From an uncultured delta proteobacterium (GTDB taxonomy: Bacteria; Desulfobacterota; Binatia; UBA9968), in assembly GCA_963737905.1 (NCBI GenBank), contig CAVTUQ010000025.1, forward strand, positions 32,001 through 96,000: 64,000 nucleotides of DNA. Direction: 5' to 3'. The notes beneath the pieces are model-generated. The model ran no database searches and was not told where the DNA came from. It saw only the letters and a list, made by a program, of their open reading frames with translations. The number at the start of each line of letters is the position of its first letter. Positions within the stretch are counted from its first letter, which is position 1. Below, piece by piece: positions 41,703 to 51,133 of this stretch. Position numbers and translations under genes: made by a program.

Positions 41703-42755
41703 CTATCTTTGGTACCCGGTTGTCAATTCAGTGCCCCGATGCCGCCATTTAGGTTCTTTATCAACTGTCTTTAGAGTGATGCTCCGCAAGCCTCGGATCA
41801 TGCTTCCATAAAGCCCGCTAATTCCCGCAGAGACCTTACTTCCCGGAGGTTCGTCCATAAAAGGCATGAACTTGTCCGGGAACCCCGGCATAGTGCAGCC
41901 GATGCAGATTCCACCCACGTTCGGGCAGCCGCCGATGCCGTTAATCCAGCCGCGTTTGGGCACGTTGCACTTGACCACCGGCCCCCAGCAACCGAGCTTG
42001 ACGATGCACTTGGGCGATCCGTATTCCGTTGCAAAGTCACCCTGTTCGTAATAACCGGCCCGATCACAGCCCTCGTGCACCGTTTGACCGAAAAGCCATG
42101 TGGGACGCAGCTGATCGTCCAGCGGAATCATCGGGGCCTGGCCGGTTGCCTGATAAAGCAAATAGAGAATCGTCTCCGACAGGTTGTCGGGATGGATCGG
42201 GCAGCCGGGGACGCAAACGATCGGAATGCCGGCTTTCGACTTCCAACTCCATCCGAGATAATCGGGCACGCCCATAGCGCCGGTAGGATTGCCGGCCATC
42301 GCATGGATGCCGCCATATGTCGCACAGGTTCCTACGGCCATGACGGCCAGCGCTTTAGGAGCCAGCCGGTCAAGCCATTCGCTCGTCGTCATCGGTTGTC
42401 CGGTCTCGAAGTTATTGCCAAAGCCGCACCAGTAGCCCTCCTTCTTGATCGCTTCATTGGGGATGGATCCTTCAACGACCAGCACGAATGGATCGATCTC
42501 ACCCCGCTCGGCCTTATAAAACCATTTGATGAACGTGTCGGCTCCCGGCTCGCCCATGCCGCCGGGACCGCATTCGAAGTCGATCAGCGGCCAGTGAACC
42601 GCGACCTTCGGCAAGCCCGGCAGCGCGCCGAGCACAATCTCCTCGATGCTCGGCTGCGTGGCGGCGGTGAGCGCCACCGAGTCCCCATCACAGCTCAACC
42701 CGGCATTGATCCACAACACGTGCACTAGAGTCTCATCTGTTTTTGGCGCAGCCAT
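41703..42755 (-). CDS. hhyS: group 1h [NiFe]-hydrogenase small subunit
   Basis: GLSCDGDS, VGTCATYGG, PGCP, HEGCDRAGYY, LGCWGP, GGCP..GGICIGC; no Tat signal. Confidence 0.95.
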   Translation of the reverse strand: MAAPKTDETLVHVLWINAGLSCDGDSVALTAATQPSIEEIVLGALPGLPKVAVHWPLIDFECGPGGMGEPGADTFIKWFYKAERGEIDPFVLVVEGSIPNEAIKKEGYWCGFGNNFETGQPMTTSEWLDRLAPKALAVMAVGTCATYGGIHAMAGNPTGAMGVPDYLGWSWKSKAGIPIVCVPGCPIHPDNLSETILYLLYQATGQAPMIPLDDQLRPTWLFGQTVHEGCDRAGYYEQGDFATEYGSPKCIVKLGCWGPVVKCNVPKRGWINGIGGCPNVGGICIGCTMPGFPDKFMPFMDEPPGSKVSAGISGLYGSMIRGLRSITLKTVDKEPKWRHRGTELTTGYQR

Positions 42756-42994
42756 GTTCATTGCCTCCTTTGTGTGCTAGCGAACCGCTCCCGCTCGGAG
42801 CTACGCTCCAGGAAAAGATGGGCCTACAGATTCAATTAACGTGATTAATGTAGTCGGCGCATACTCGCAATACGGAGTACGCCCGTTTCTTTTATGAGGG
42901 ATTAGCCGGTTCGCTCCTAGGGGATTCCCCTAGCAAAACTGCAGTACTGGAATGATGAACAATCACTGCTGCAGATAAATAATTCTTTTCAAAA

Positions 42995-43012
42995 CTGTCC
43001 ACTATTAGACAG
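42995..43012. promoter_or_regulatory. palindromic operator-like site (second copy at 52235-52252)
   Basis: CTGTC-CACTATTA-GACAG, conserved upstream of both membrane-protein paralogs. Confidence 0.5.
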
Positions 43013-43204
43013 CAATCCTTCCCGAGTATGGTTATATTACCCCAGAGAGCTGTAATGGCGTGCAAGAGGTAGAAGACCGGGCCACACACTCAACGGTGAC
43101 ATGGACTTCGGCTCCGGTTTGAATAGCGAACGTATTCCTGGTGCTGACCCCTCTCCCTCTTCCAATATCCAAAGGCTATCAAGAGCCTCAAAAAGGAGAG
43201 AGTT

Positions 43205-43765
43205 ATGAATCCTCTATTGATCATCGCCGTCCCCCTAGGGTTGGTGATTTTGGGCATGGTGCTAAACGGCATCGGCCTTGCTTACGATCAACCCCCCGGT
43301 TCAGAAGAACAAGATCCTACGAAAAGAGTGGCAGCGGAAAAGGAGATTTACCGAAAGTTCTTCAATCTCCAGAGAACCCGATCTGTAACCAGGCAGAAAA
43401 GGGTCGGCCAGTATGGCTGGTTGCTGATGGCTGCCTTTATCGGCGCTTTCATCTGGCTCTATATGTATACCGTGAACAAAACCACCGCGACGACTCGAAT
43501 TGCCACGCTGCAGACACTGCCGATGGAAGAAGGGAAGGGGACGGTTCTCTTGCTCACGCTGAAGGACGGGAGCAGTGTCAAATACCTGATCAAATCACCC
43601 CCACCCGATACCTCGGATGCCGCCACGAAAGAAGGAATTTCGAAACAGAAGGTCTCATCCTGGGACATGGAACAATCAGGTACGGTCTTGAGTATCGGCG
43701 AGAGTCCATTGCCTCTCGGTGTCGCCCTGAAAGTGTCCGTCGACCCGACAGTAAAAAAAGACTGA
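43205..43765 (+). CDS. hypothetical two-TM membrane protein, paralog A
   Basis: AAGGAG RBS; colinear paralog at 52301-52858. Confidence 0.8.
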   Translation: MNPLLIIAVPLGLVILGMVLNGIGLAYDQPPGSEEQDPTKRVAAEKEIYRKFFNLQRTRSVTRQKRVGQYGWLLMAAFIGAFIWLYMYTVNKTTATTRIATLQTLPMEEGKGTVLLLTLKDGSSVKYLIKSPPPDTSDAATKEGISKQKVSSWDMEQSGTVLSIGESPLPLGVALKVSVDPTVKKD

Positions 43766-43808
43766 GTTAAAGCCTCGCCAAAAAAATGGGCGAAGCTTGA
43801 CTGAACGT

Positions 43809-43845
43809 CATTTCCACGTTTCGAGAATTCTCGAAACGTGGAAGT
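43809..43845 (+). repeat. 37-bp palindromic repeat, copy 1
   Basis: CATTTCCACGTTTCGAGAATTCTCGAAACGTGGAAGT with a perfect 32-bp palindromic core. Confidence 0.9.
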
Positions 43846-44010
43846 GTCTTCACGAAAAACGAACACGAGCACGGCTCTTCAGTCTTTATCCTTCCAAACC
43901 CTTAAATAGTCGCCGCGAAATCGCCTAAACTCCGGGCCATGTCTTGAAAGATGACATGGATTTTCGGGTTTCATCCTTTAATCCCTTTGCCTTTCTCCTT
44001 TGAATGAGGT

Positions 44011-44066
44011 GGCAGTATCTTAGATGGGCGACCACGGATCACGAGCAAGATCACGGTGGTTTCCCC
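44011..44066 (+). repeat. linker repeat family B (copies at 45310-45422 and 51152-51207)
   Basis: GGCAGT..CTTAGA..GGCGACCACGGATC.CGAGCA.GATCACGGTGGT. Confidence 0.7.
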
Positions 44067-44175
44067 GAGCATGCGGCCGTACGTTCGTGGTGCGTTCGTC
44101 GAACCATGAAACAGACTCTCCTTGCGGAGGCGTCTATCCCTTGCTTTCACTTTGAAAGCACCTTAGGCTTACTGG

Positions 44176-44667
44176 ATGCGAGGGGCCGCTTTTGACAGCT
44201 CGTTTTGGGTCAATGCAGTTTATCTGGATCTTATCGAGTTCCTGCTTTCGGATTTTGAGTTGATCTGTACTAAGGCGGTGGAAGACGAGTTAGGGCGCGA
44301 TAATTTAACGAGCCGCCGACTCAAGGCATTACTCGCTGACGAGAGTATCAAAAGAGCTGCACCAAGATCGGAAAGGATTAAACTGTATGGAGATGGGGAG
44401 AGAGCCGCTATTAACCTCGCGCTGGAGCGAAAAGTCCTATTGCTCATTGATGACTGGAGGCCTTATGAGGCGGCACAGGCAGCCGGAGTTGAGGTTATCA
44501 ACTCTCTAGCCTACTTGGTCGGGCTTTACGAACAGAAACGAATTACCCTAGAGCGGGCGTTACATGCCCTGGCCAAAACAACGCGCCGCGGAACTTTGAG
44601 ACCCGAATGGATCCAGTCCGCGGTAAGGGTTGTAGCGGAGATCCGACGCAAAGGAGAAAACCGATGA
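44176..44667 (+). CDS. PIN-domain toxin (DUF3368-like)
   Basis: AFDSS, GERAAINLA, LLIDD. Confidence 0.75.
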   Translation: MRGAAFDSSFWVNAVYLDLIEFLLSDFELICTKAVEDELGRDNLTSRRLKALLADESIKRAAPRSERIKLYGDGERAAINLALERKVLLLIDDWRPYEAAQAAGVEVINSLAYLVGLYEQKRITLERALHALAKTTRRGTLRPEWIQSAVRVVAEIRRKGENR

Positions 44668-45035
44668 AAAAGGAAAAACACGAGAAAACGACTGTTACCG
44701 TAAGACTAACAGACGAGGAAGATCAGGTCTTGAGCCGTCTCTGCATACTTAAGAAGACCAGCAAAACTGGATACCTTGCTCGTCTCGCTAAGGAGCAGGC
44801 CAAGCAGGAGCTTCTCCGTTACGCCGCCGAAGAATACCTGGGAGAAAGGGCATCCTTAAGCGAGCTGGCGAAAAAGACCGGCCTGGATGTGCCCACCATT
44901 ATGGATGAGGTTGCCAATCTCAAAGGGGAGGACAAGCGTGCGGTGGAGGCTTTTTTGTCGGCCGTGGAAACGATCTCGAAGTTAAACAAAGATCCAGAGT
45001 TCTATAATCTTGCCATCAATGCCGTCAGAGAATAA
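44664..45035 (+). CDS. putative antitoxin (RHH + HTH, UPF0175-like)
   Basis: ATGA coupling; TTVTVRL, ASLSELAKKTGL. Confidence 0.65.
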   Translation: MKKEKHEKTTVTVRLTDEEDQVLSRLCILKKTSKTGYLARLAKEQAKQELLRYAAEEYLGERASLSELAKKTGLDVPTIMDEVANLKGEDKRAVEAFLSAVETISKLNKDPEFYNLAINAVRE

Positions 45036-45099
45036 ATGCGGCTCCACGGCGACAGCACGTCCGGACCGGGCAGCCCGGTACAGGAGAGCATAGAGCATT

Positions 45100-45186
45100 C
45101 GTTTCCACGTTTTTGGAATTCCGAAAACGTGGAAGTGTTACTGGGACTTCATTTCGACGTTTTGAGAATTATCAAAACGTGAAAGT
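45100..45186 (+). repeat. 37-bp palindromic repeat, copies 2 and 3 (13-bp gap)
   Basis: CGTTTCCACGTTTTTGGAATTCCGAAAACGTGGAAGT and CATTTCGACGTTTTGAGAATTATCAAAACGTGAAAGT. Confidence 0.9.
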
Positions 45187-45443
45187 TCCCCCAGGAACGA
45201 CGATGAGCACGGCTTTTTCCTCTCCTTGTCTCCGCACCTCTTTGTCCCGTGGACCGATTTCTGATCGCCTCACCCTTCACGCCTTACCCGGCACAATTTA
45301 TTTGATGTTGGCAGTTACTTAGACGCGGCGACCACGGATCGCGAGCACGATCACGGTGGTTACCCGTGCACGAGACCCGGGCACGGCTCTTTGCTTTCCT
45401 TCCGCTTCCAGCTTTGATCATTTATCTTTGTCGTTGTTTGGTC

Positions 45444-45799
45444 TTAAAGCGGTAGGAAAACAATTGTCTCCTCCCACTCTTCGGCGGTAGTGGCTTCTGC
45501 GATGAGCACCAGGTCATCAATCACTTGTCCTAAAGCAGCAGTCTGAGGCACCAAGATGAGACCGGTCATCGGCAGTCCTGCTTTTAGCCTTTCTTCCGCA
45601 CAGGGACGCATGGTCCGGTGATCATGTGTGATTACAACCCGACCTTGGGTCGCTGCCCAATCAAGGACCGCGGGGTCGGAGGCTTCAGGGAGATCTACTT
45701 CCTGTACAGTGGTGGAATCGAGATCAGATATTCTTCGGCGCACTCCGCGCACGATTCGCCCGTTGAGGTCTTCGTCGAAAGATACTTGACCCGGCTCAC
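45444..45799 (-). CDS. DUF5615 PIN-like toxin, frameshift in a homopolymer near 45780
   Basis: KYL(F)DEDL, D..VLDWA...RVVITHD; GTGA overlap with DUF433. Confidence 0.75.
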
Positions 45800-46137
45800 G
45801 AAGGCGTGGGTGATTGGCGGCTGGATAGTAGTTGCTGGCGAAGCTTACTCAGGAAGTCTCTGTGGCGACCGTTGAGCTCCTGTTGGAGCTTTTCTGCGCC
45901 GTCACGGCCCGCTCGAAGGTAGGCATCCACTTTGTCCCGCTTTTTCAGATAGTAGGCAATGGCTTCGTAGACTTGCGCTAGAGAGAGAGACGGAAAGTCC
46001 TGGCAAATTTCTTCCGGCGTCGCGCCCTCCCAGAAGGAATGGATCACGCTGTCTAGAGACACCCGAGTGCCGGCGATACGCCAGGTTCCTTGTGGCGTGC
46101 AGGTCAGCAGATCCGGCAGATCAAGATCGGGATTCAT
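45796..46137 (-). CDS. DUF433 antitoxin
   Basis: IAGTRV, GATPEEI..DFPSL...QVYEAIAYY. Confidence 0.85.
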   Translation of the reverse strand: MNPDLDLPDLLTCTPQGTWRIAGTRVSLDSVIHSFWEGATPEEICQDFPSLSLAQVYEAIAYYLKKRDKVDAYLRAGRDGAEKLQQELNGRHRDFLSKLRQQLLSSRQSPTPS

Positions 46138-46217
46138 AAAAAGCCATATTAGACCAGCCAGTTGTTAAGGGCAAATCGCTATTGTGTGTCACTTCCGCCC
46201 TTGGCCCCTCATTACTT

Positions 46218-46255
46218 CATTTCGCCGGTTCGAGAATTCCAAGGAACGTGGTAAG
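46218..46255 (+). repeat. 37-bp palindromic repeat, copy 4 (degenerate, abuts IS21 end)
   Basis: CATTTCGCCGGTTCGAGAATTCCAAGGAACGTGG. Confidence 0.65.
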
Positions 46256-46399
46256 ATGCGTATTCCGATGAAATCGCCACCGATTCCGAAACAAAGTGGC
46301 ACTGATTCCGGCGCAAATCGGCAGTCCGAGAAATCGGAGCGAAGCGACGCTGGGATTTTGTTCATAGCCTAAAGGTTCTCTTTATTGCAAGTCCGGTGA

Positions 46400-47128
46400 T
46401 CATTTTTTCGTTTTTCTGATCGATTCTCCTTTCAGTTCGATTTTAAAACTGTGGTGAAGCAGGCGATCCAAGATGGCATCGGCGACGGTGGGCTCCCCGA
46501 TGATTGTGTGCCAGTCTTTGATCGGGCACTGGCTGGTAATGACGGTGGGAGCCTTATGGTAGCGGTCCTCGATGATTTCGAGCAGATCATTGCGTTGAGA
46601 ATCATCGAGCGGAGTCAGAAACAGATCATCGACGATGAGCAGTTGGACCTTGGCCAGCCGGGTCAGCATTTTAAGATGCGAGCCATCCGCTTTAGCCCCA
46701 AGCAGCATTTCGAACAGACGTGGAGCGCGCAGATAGAGAACCGTATGGCCGTGGCGGGCAGCGAAGTTACCGAGGGCACAGGCAATGTAGCTTTTACCCA
46801 CGCCGGTGGGGCCAGTCAAAAGCATAGTTTGATGACGAGTGATCCAGTCTGAAGAAGAGAGTTCCAAGAGGGTTTGTTTGTTTAAGCCACGGGGATGTTT
46901 GTAATCGATGTCTTCGAGACAAGCGGGTTGGGTGAGCTTAGCGTTTAGGAGGAGGCGTTTAAGGCGGAGATTATCGCGGTAAGTTTTTTCGTCCTGGACA
47001 ATCAGGCCGAAGAACTCCTGGTGGGAGAGATCGACGGATGAGGGATGAGCGATCTTGTCGGTAAAGCTTCGGGCCATACCGAAGAGTTTGAGGGAGTTGA
47101 GGGTGTGCAGAGTTTGTTCGGTAAGCAT
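46400..47128 (-). CDS. istB: IS21 helper ATPase IstB
   Basis: GPTGVGKS, LLIVDD, DAILDRLLH. Confidence 0.92.
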   Translation of the reverse strand: MLTEQTLHTLNSLKLFGMARSFTDKIAHPSSVDLSHQEFFGLIVQDEKTYRDNLRLKRLLLNAKLTQPACLEDIDYKHPRGLNKQTLLELSSSDWITRHQTMLLTGPTGVGKSYIACALGNFAARHGHTVLYLRAPRLFEMLLGAKADGSHLKMLTRLAKVQLLIVDDLFLTPLDDSQRNDLLEIIEDRYHKAPTVITSQCPIKDWHTIIGEPTVADAILDRLLHHSFKIELKGESIRKTKK

Positions 47129-47259
47129 CAGAGATTTTCCTTTCTAGTTTTGGTTGCGGTTTAAAATTGGGGGTAGTCTACCCCTTCAGCCCATTGAGAA
47201 CGTGCGTTAATGAGGCTTTAAACGCGTCGTTTTTTGTTTCGATCATCTGATTTTCACCC

Positions 47260-48033
47260 TCAGTGGTAAGACTGGCCGCCGCGGATGTTGTCGTGGGCCG
47301 GCAGCACCGCCGTCGAGCCCGAGTCTCTTTGTTCCAACCGATCCAGTCCGTTCTCCAACATTTTGCGCAGCGCTTTGAGCGAGAGATTCGAGTAGCGCAG
47401 CGCCCGAGCGGCGGCGTTTTCCAGACGCTCTTTGGGATAGTGCTTATCGAGGCGCAGGATGCCCAGACACGAGCGGTAGGCTTGTTCGGGGTGGGAGCGG
47501 CTCTCGATGATGGTTTTAACCAGTCGAGCGGTGTGCGGACCGGTCTTTTCGGCCCAGCGGATGAATCGCGACGGGCTCCATTCGGCATAGGCCCGGTGGG
47601 TCGGTGGCATGTGTTCTTTGAGCGTGGTGTGCTGATGGGGCACAAAACTTCGCAGGTGGGTGGCTATGCGCTGGCCTTTGCGAAAGGCCTCCACCGTGTG
47701 GGCAGTAAGCCGCACTTGGAGTCTTTCGCCTTTAAGTTTATACGGCACGCTGTAGTAGTGCTCGTCGACTTCGATGTGGTAATCGATGTTGACACCGGCG
47801 ATCTTCCACTCGGCGTACTGGTAAGATTTCTGGGGCAGGGCCAGAGCGTTGGGCTGATCGAAGAGTAAAAAGAGCTGGCGGCGCGATTGCTTGAGTTTGC
47901 GCAGTGCTCGGTTATTCAAAGGTTGGAGCAGTTCACCGATGGCGGCAATAGAGATCGGCCAAGGTGTAAAACAGTCCGATGGCGCAAGACGGCCAGGATC
48001 CAGCGCTTGGCGATCAGCACGCCATTTTCCACC
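47260..48033 (-). pseudogene. istA: IstA transposase C-terminal fragment
   Basis: DYHIEVD.HYYSVPY, HMPPTHR, AYRSCLG, HDNIRG; catalytic N-terminal half missing. Confidence 0.85.
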
Positions 48034-48099
48034 TGCCTTATGAAAGTGTACATTTGAAATCTACCATTTAGAAAATGGATGGGATGGGCGGTTTGCTAC

Positions 48100-48152
48100 T
48101 AAACGACGGCTTGAACGGAGCGAAGCGATTGAACGGCTGGAACGATTGGAAC
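48100..48152 (-). repeat. nonamer-periodic repeat (CGTTC[AC]A..)
   Basis: Reverse complement of the tracts at 56283 and 60103. Confidence 0.65.
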
Positions 48153-48240
48153 GTGTGCCCGCTATGTTGGCATCGCTGGAGAGCCGTGCTAGGATGCATC
48201 ACTACGCTGCACTGTTGATGCACAAGAATTGAGGGGGGCC

Positions 48241-48504
48241 ATGAAGGCAATCACTTTAAGAAACCTACCGCCGGACCTGGCGAAAGCCGTGCGCAGGGAA
48301 GCAGAGCGTAAGCGGACAAGTATCAACAAGGCGGTCATCAGCTTGCTGGAGAGCAAGGCGGATATTCAGAAGAAAAAGAAGGGTCGAAAACCGCATCACC
48401 AAGAGCTGGACGCTTTGGCCGGGTCATGGAGTAAGAAAGAGGCGGAGGAGTTCGACAAAGCGTTGGCCGCTCAGAGACCCATTGATCCCGATTTGTGGAA
48501 GTAA
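48241..48504 (+). CDS. RHH antitoxin (FitA/VapB-like)
   Basis: ITLRNLP, SINKAVISLL, LDALAGSWS. Confidence 0.8.
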   Translation: MKAITLRNLPPDLAKAVRREAERKRTSINKAVISLLESKADIQKKKKGRKPHHQELDALAGSWSKKEAEEFDKALAAQRPIDPDLWK

Positions 48505-48903
48505 ATGCGGTTGTTGCTCGACACCTCCGCTTATTCAGCGTTTATGAGGGGACATGCGGAGATTAGGGCTGCCGTTCAGAGCAATGAAGAGATCTTTCTA
48601 AACTCGGTTATTTTGGGCGAACTCATCGCGGGGTTCATCAAAGGCGGGCGGAGGAGGAAAAACGAAAATGAGCTTCGAAGGTTTCTGGCGTCTCCTCGCG
48701 TAGGGGTTTTGAACGTGACTGAGGAGACGGCCGAAAGATATGCGGTCATTCTCAACTTCCTCTGGCGTGCCGGCACACCTATACCGACAAACGATATCTG
48801 GATTGCGGCCAGTGCTATGGAGCACGGCCTTCGCGTGGTGACGACTGATGATCACTATCAGAAGGTCCCTCAGGTCATGACCGATTATTTCCCGGTCGTA
48901 TAG
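48505..48903 (+). CDS. vapC: VapC PIN toxin
   Basis: LLDTSA, GEL, NDIWIAASA, TTDDH. Confidence 0.9.
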   Translation: MRLLLDTSAYSAFMRGHAEIRAAVQSNEEIFLNSVILGELIAGFIKGGRRRKNENELRRFLASPRVGVLNVTEETAERYAVILNFLWRAGTPIPTNDIWIAASAMEHGLRVVTTDDHYQKVPQVMTDYFPVV

Positions 48904-48910
48904 GCTAATT

Positions 48911-48948
48911 CATTTTGACATTTCGGGAATTCTCGAAAGACTGAAATG
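48911..48948 (+). repeat. 37-bp palindromic repeat, copy 5
   Basis: CATTTTGACATTTCGGGAATTCTCGAAAGACTGAAATG, 7 bp after the vapC stop. Confidence 0.75.
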
Positions 48949-49023
48949 TCACGATAAGTTTGCCGCAGTAATTTGTTCCACGGCTTCCTTGACAACTGTC
49001 ACATTTTTTGGGTACACATATCT

Positions 49024-49218
49024 ATGGGTCGATGGAAGCGTCATGGCGTCATAGTCGTGCTGTTTTCCACCGACCACGATCCGAAGCACGTTCATGTGTT
49101 TGAGGACAGGAAGCGCCTTCTGAAGTTCAATCTCGAAACGTGGACGGTGATGGAGGGAAAGATGACGCCGAAGGCGAAGAAGGCTTTGGAGACTTTACGG
49201 AAAGAGGGGATTTTATGA
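49024..49218 (+). CDS. DUF4160-like small toxin
   Basis: DHDPKHVHV motif; ATGA coupling to the next gene. Confidence 0.7.
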   Translation: MGRWKRHGVIVVLFSTDHDPKHVHVFEDRKRLLKFNLETWTVMEGKMTPKAKKALETLRKEGIL

Positions 49219-49703
49219 GAAACCCGAAATTTAAGGAAATCAAACCGAACTACCGAAAGAACGTACTGGAGATCACGCTGCGCGATGGAAAGAAGATAAA
49301 GAGCTACAGTTTACCCTTCGCGGTCTTCAGGGATGTGAAGGTTAGCAGTAGGAATCGATTTACGTCGATGACGATAGATCGCGAGCTGGGTGACCAAGCG
49401 GTGTCCTTTGTTCTCGAAGATGGATCCAAGGGGGATTTCCCGGCTGACTTCGTCTTGTACTATTGTGATCCCACCTACCATTGGTCGCCGTTGAATCAGC
49501 TAAAGAGTGCACTGAAGGACAAGATTTCAACTTCCAGACTATCTGTTCGTGTGATTGCGGACGCTCTTGATACGTCTCCGTCCCAGGTGGCGCGCTTGCT
49601 CCAAGAAAACAAAACCTCCAAACATATTGTCCAGCTCATTCGGCTGGCCGAACTGGCTGGCTATCAGATCGAGTTTTCCCTCAAGAAGAAGAGAGCAGCC
49701 TAG
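49215..49703 (+). CDS. putative antitoxin with C-terminal HTH
   Basis: SVRVIADALDTSPSQVARLL HTH. Confidence 0.7.
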   Translation: MRNPKFKEIKPNYRKNVLEITLRDGKKIKSYSLPFAVFRDVKVSSRNRFTSMTIDRELGDQAVSFVLEDGSKGDFPADFVLYYCDPTYHWSPLNQLKSALKDKISTSRLSVRVIADALDTSPSQVARLLQENKTSKHIVQLIRLAELAGYQIEFSLKKKRAA

Positions 49704-49769
49704 GATTGCGAGGTTCTGGGGTTTGCTCATTCTGACGGTTTCAACGGTATTTCGGGGGCGGAGGTTTCT

Positions 49770-49943
49770 ATGAAGATAAAATACTCGCGTGACGCGGACG
49801 TTTTGACTATCAAATTACGGGAAGGTAAACCCTCGGATTCGCGAGACATAGCCGAAGGAATCATTGTCCACCTGACGGCCAAAGGGCAGCCTCTAGAGAT
49901 CGAAATTCTCGATGCCTCCAAGGTAGTCTGCGTATTCCGATGA
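49770..49943 (+). pseudogene. DUF2283 gene cut by an IS21 terminal remnant
   Basis: MKIKYSRDADVLTI...IEILDAS, then TGCGTATTCCGATGAAATCG at 49929. Confidence 0.7.
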
Positions 49944-50019
49944 AATCGGCTCATTCACCTATTCAACACCCAGAACTTCATCCCTTGCGGCTAACGTTAG
50001 TTGTGTATATACATAATTG

Positions 50020-50118
50020 ATGTTCGATTGGGACCCTCCAAAGGCAAAGGCTAATCAGCTCAAGCACGGGGTCTCTTTTGAAGAAGCAGCTACGGCATTT
50101 CTTGATAAAAGTTTCTAG
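50020..50118 (+). pseudogene. truncated BrnT toxin
   Basis: MFDWDPPKAKANQLKHGVSFEEA, stops after 32 aa; upstream near-palindrome TTGTGTATATACATAA. Confidence 0.75.
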
Positions 50119-50131
50119 AAAATTTAGCTTG

Positions 50132-50257
50132 CAGGCTGCTCAAAAAGACTCAGAGGCAAGGCGCGCGAACATCGATGAGCGGAGGCGTACTTTTCCTGTA
50201 CGTTGACGCGAAATCGGTCGAGTGCAACGAGGCATATGAGTCTTTTTCAGCAGGCTG
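50132..50257. mobile_element. MITE-like element with about 21-bp terminal inverted repeats
   Basis: CAGGCTGCTCAAAAAGACTCA ... TGAGTCTTTTTCAGCAGGCTG, non-coding. Confidence 0.65.
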
Positions 50258-50273
50258 TTAAGGAGACAAGACC

Positions 50274-50567
50274 ATGAAGCGGTCACGCGGATCATCAGCG
50301 CGAGGCGGGCGAGCCGGAAGGAAAGGAAAGGTTACGAGGAAAAAAAAGATTGACTTTTCGGACATTCCGGAGCTTTCCGAGAAGCAGCTTTCCCGAATGC
50401 GTCGGGTGGGAAGGCCGACGGTGGGTGAGGAACCAAGAAAACTCATCGCGATACGCTTAGATCCGAAAGTCTTGGGTTGGTTGCGCGAAACCGCTGAGAA
50501 AAAGGGATTGCCTTATCAGTCGCTCGTCAATCAGATCTTGGCAGAGGAAATGAAGAAGGCAAGCTAG
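50274..50567 (+). CDS. BrnA antitoxin
   Basis: IDFSDIPEL, GRP, IRLD..VL.W, YQS..NQIL. Confidence 0.85.
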   Translation: MKRSRGSSARGGRAGRKGKVTRKKKIDFSDIPELSEKQLSRMRRVGRPTVGEEPRKLIAIRLDPKVLGWLRETAEKKGLPYQSLVNQILAEEMKKAS

Positions 50568-50589
50568 ACCGGAATAGCAACGCTGCTCA

Positions 50590-50698
50590 GTCCAAGGCCG
50601 TCCTCGACGCGATTCGGCAGCTCATGGCGCCGCCGGAGCCGAACAAACGGAAAATCGGCTTTCTGGTTGAGGAAAAAGCAGCACGCTACGGAAGGTGA
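50590..50698 (+). pseudogene. C-terminal remnant of an ORF6N-like protein
   Basis: VLDAIRQLMAPPEPNKRKIGF...AARY*. Confidence 0.55.
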
Positions 50699-50709
50699 TA
50701 GCGACCTGT

Positions 50710-50746
50710 CATTTTGACGTTTCGAGAATTATCAAAACGTGGAAGT
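50710..50746 (+). repeat. 37-bp palindromic repeat, copy 6
   Basis: CATTTTGACGTTTCGAGAATTATCAAAACGTGGAAGT. Confidence 0.9.
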
Positions 50747-50759
50747 CCCCCCGGTTATT

Positions 50760-50897
50760 GTTGTGAAGAAGGGTAAACCCTTTGCGGCAGTAGTCGCTGC
50801 GTTGGAAGAGACGAGCCCGAAAGTTTATATCATTACAGCCTACGAACCGAATCTGGAGCACTTCGAGAATAACTTTAGAACGAGGAGAAAGAGGTGA
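50760..50897 (+). pseudogene. 5'-truncated DUF4258 toxin remnant
   Basis: VYIITAYEPNLEHFENNFRTRR* with no start; begins just after repeat copy 6. Confidence 0.6.
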
Positions 50898-51133
50898 ATA
50901 AGAAGAAGGCGTCAACCCTGTGCCCAATTTGTTCTGGTCGCAAAAAGCGGGGGACTACGACCTTCACCGCCGATTTGGATTTCGGTGTCGTTGTAGTGCG
51001 GAAGGTACCGGCAACAGTCTGTAGTCAATGCGGCGCGGACTGGATTGAGGATAGGATCGCCAGGCAGCTCGAAGATATTGTTAAGGACGCCCGGAAAAGG
51101 CGACTGGAAGTAGAAGTTACCTCTTTCAGTTGA
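50894..51133 (+). CDS. YgiT/MqsA-type zinc-finger antitoxin
   Basis: CPIC...VPATVCSQCG. Confidence 0.8.
   Translation: MNKKKASTLCPICSGRKKRGTTTFTADLDFGVVVVRKVPATVCSQCGADWIEDRIARQLEDIVKDARKRRLEVEVTSFS

Larger units (their letters stand above)
46257..48035 (-). mobile_element. partial IS21-family element (istA lacks its 5' part)
   Basis: Terminus TGCGTATTCCGATGAAATCG with internal GATTCCG repeats; istB plus istA C-terminal fragment. Confidence 0.85.

Noticed and set aside
42995-43012. LexA box
   Set aside because: Spacing is CTGT-N10-ACAG rather than CTGT-N8-ACAG; kept only as an unassigned operator.
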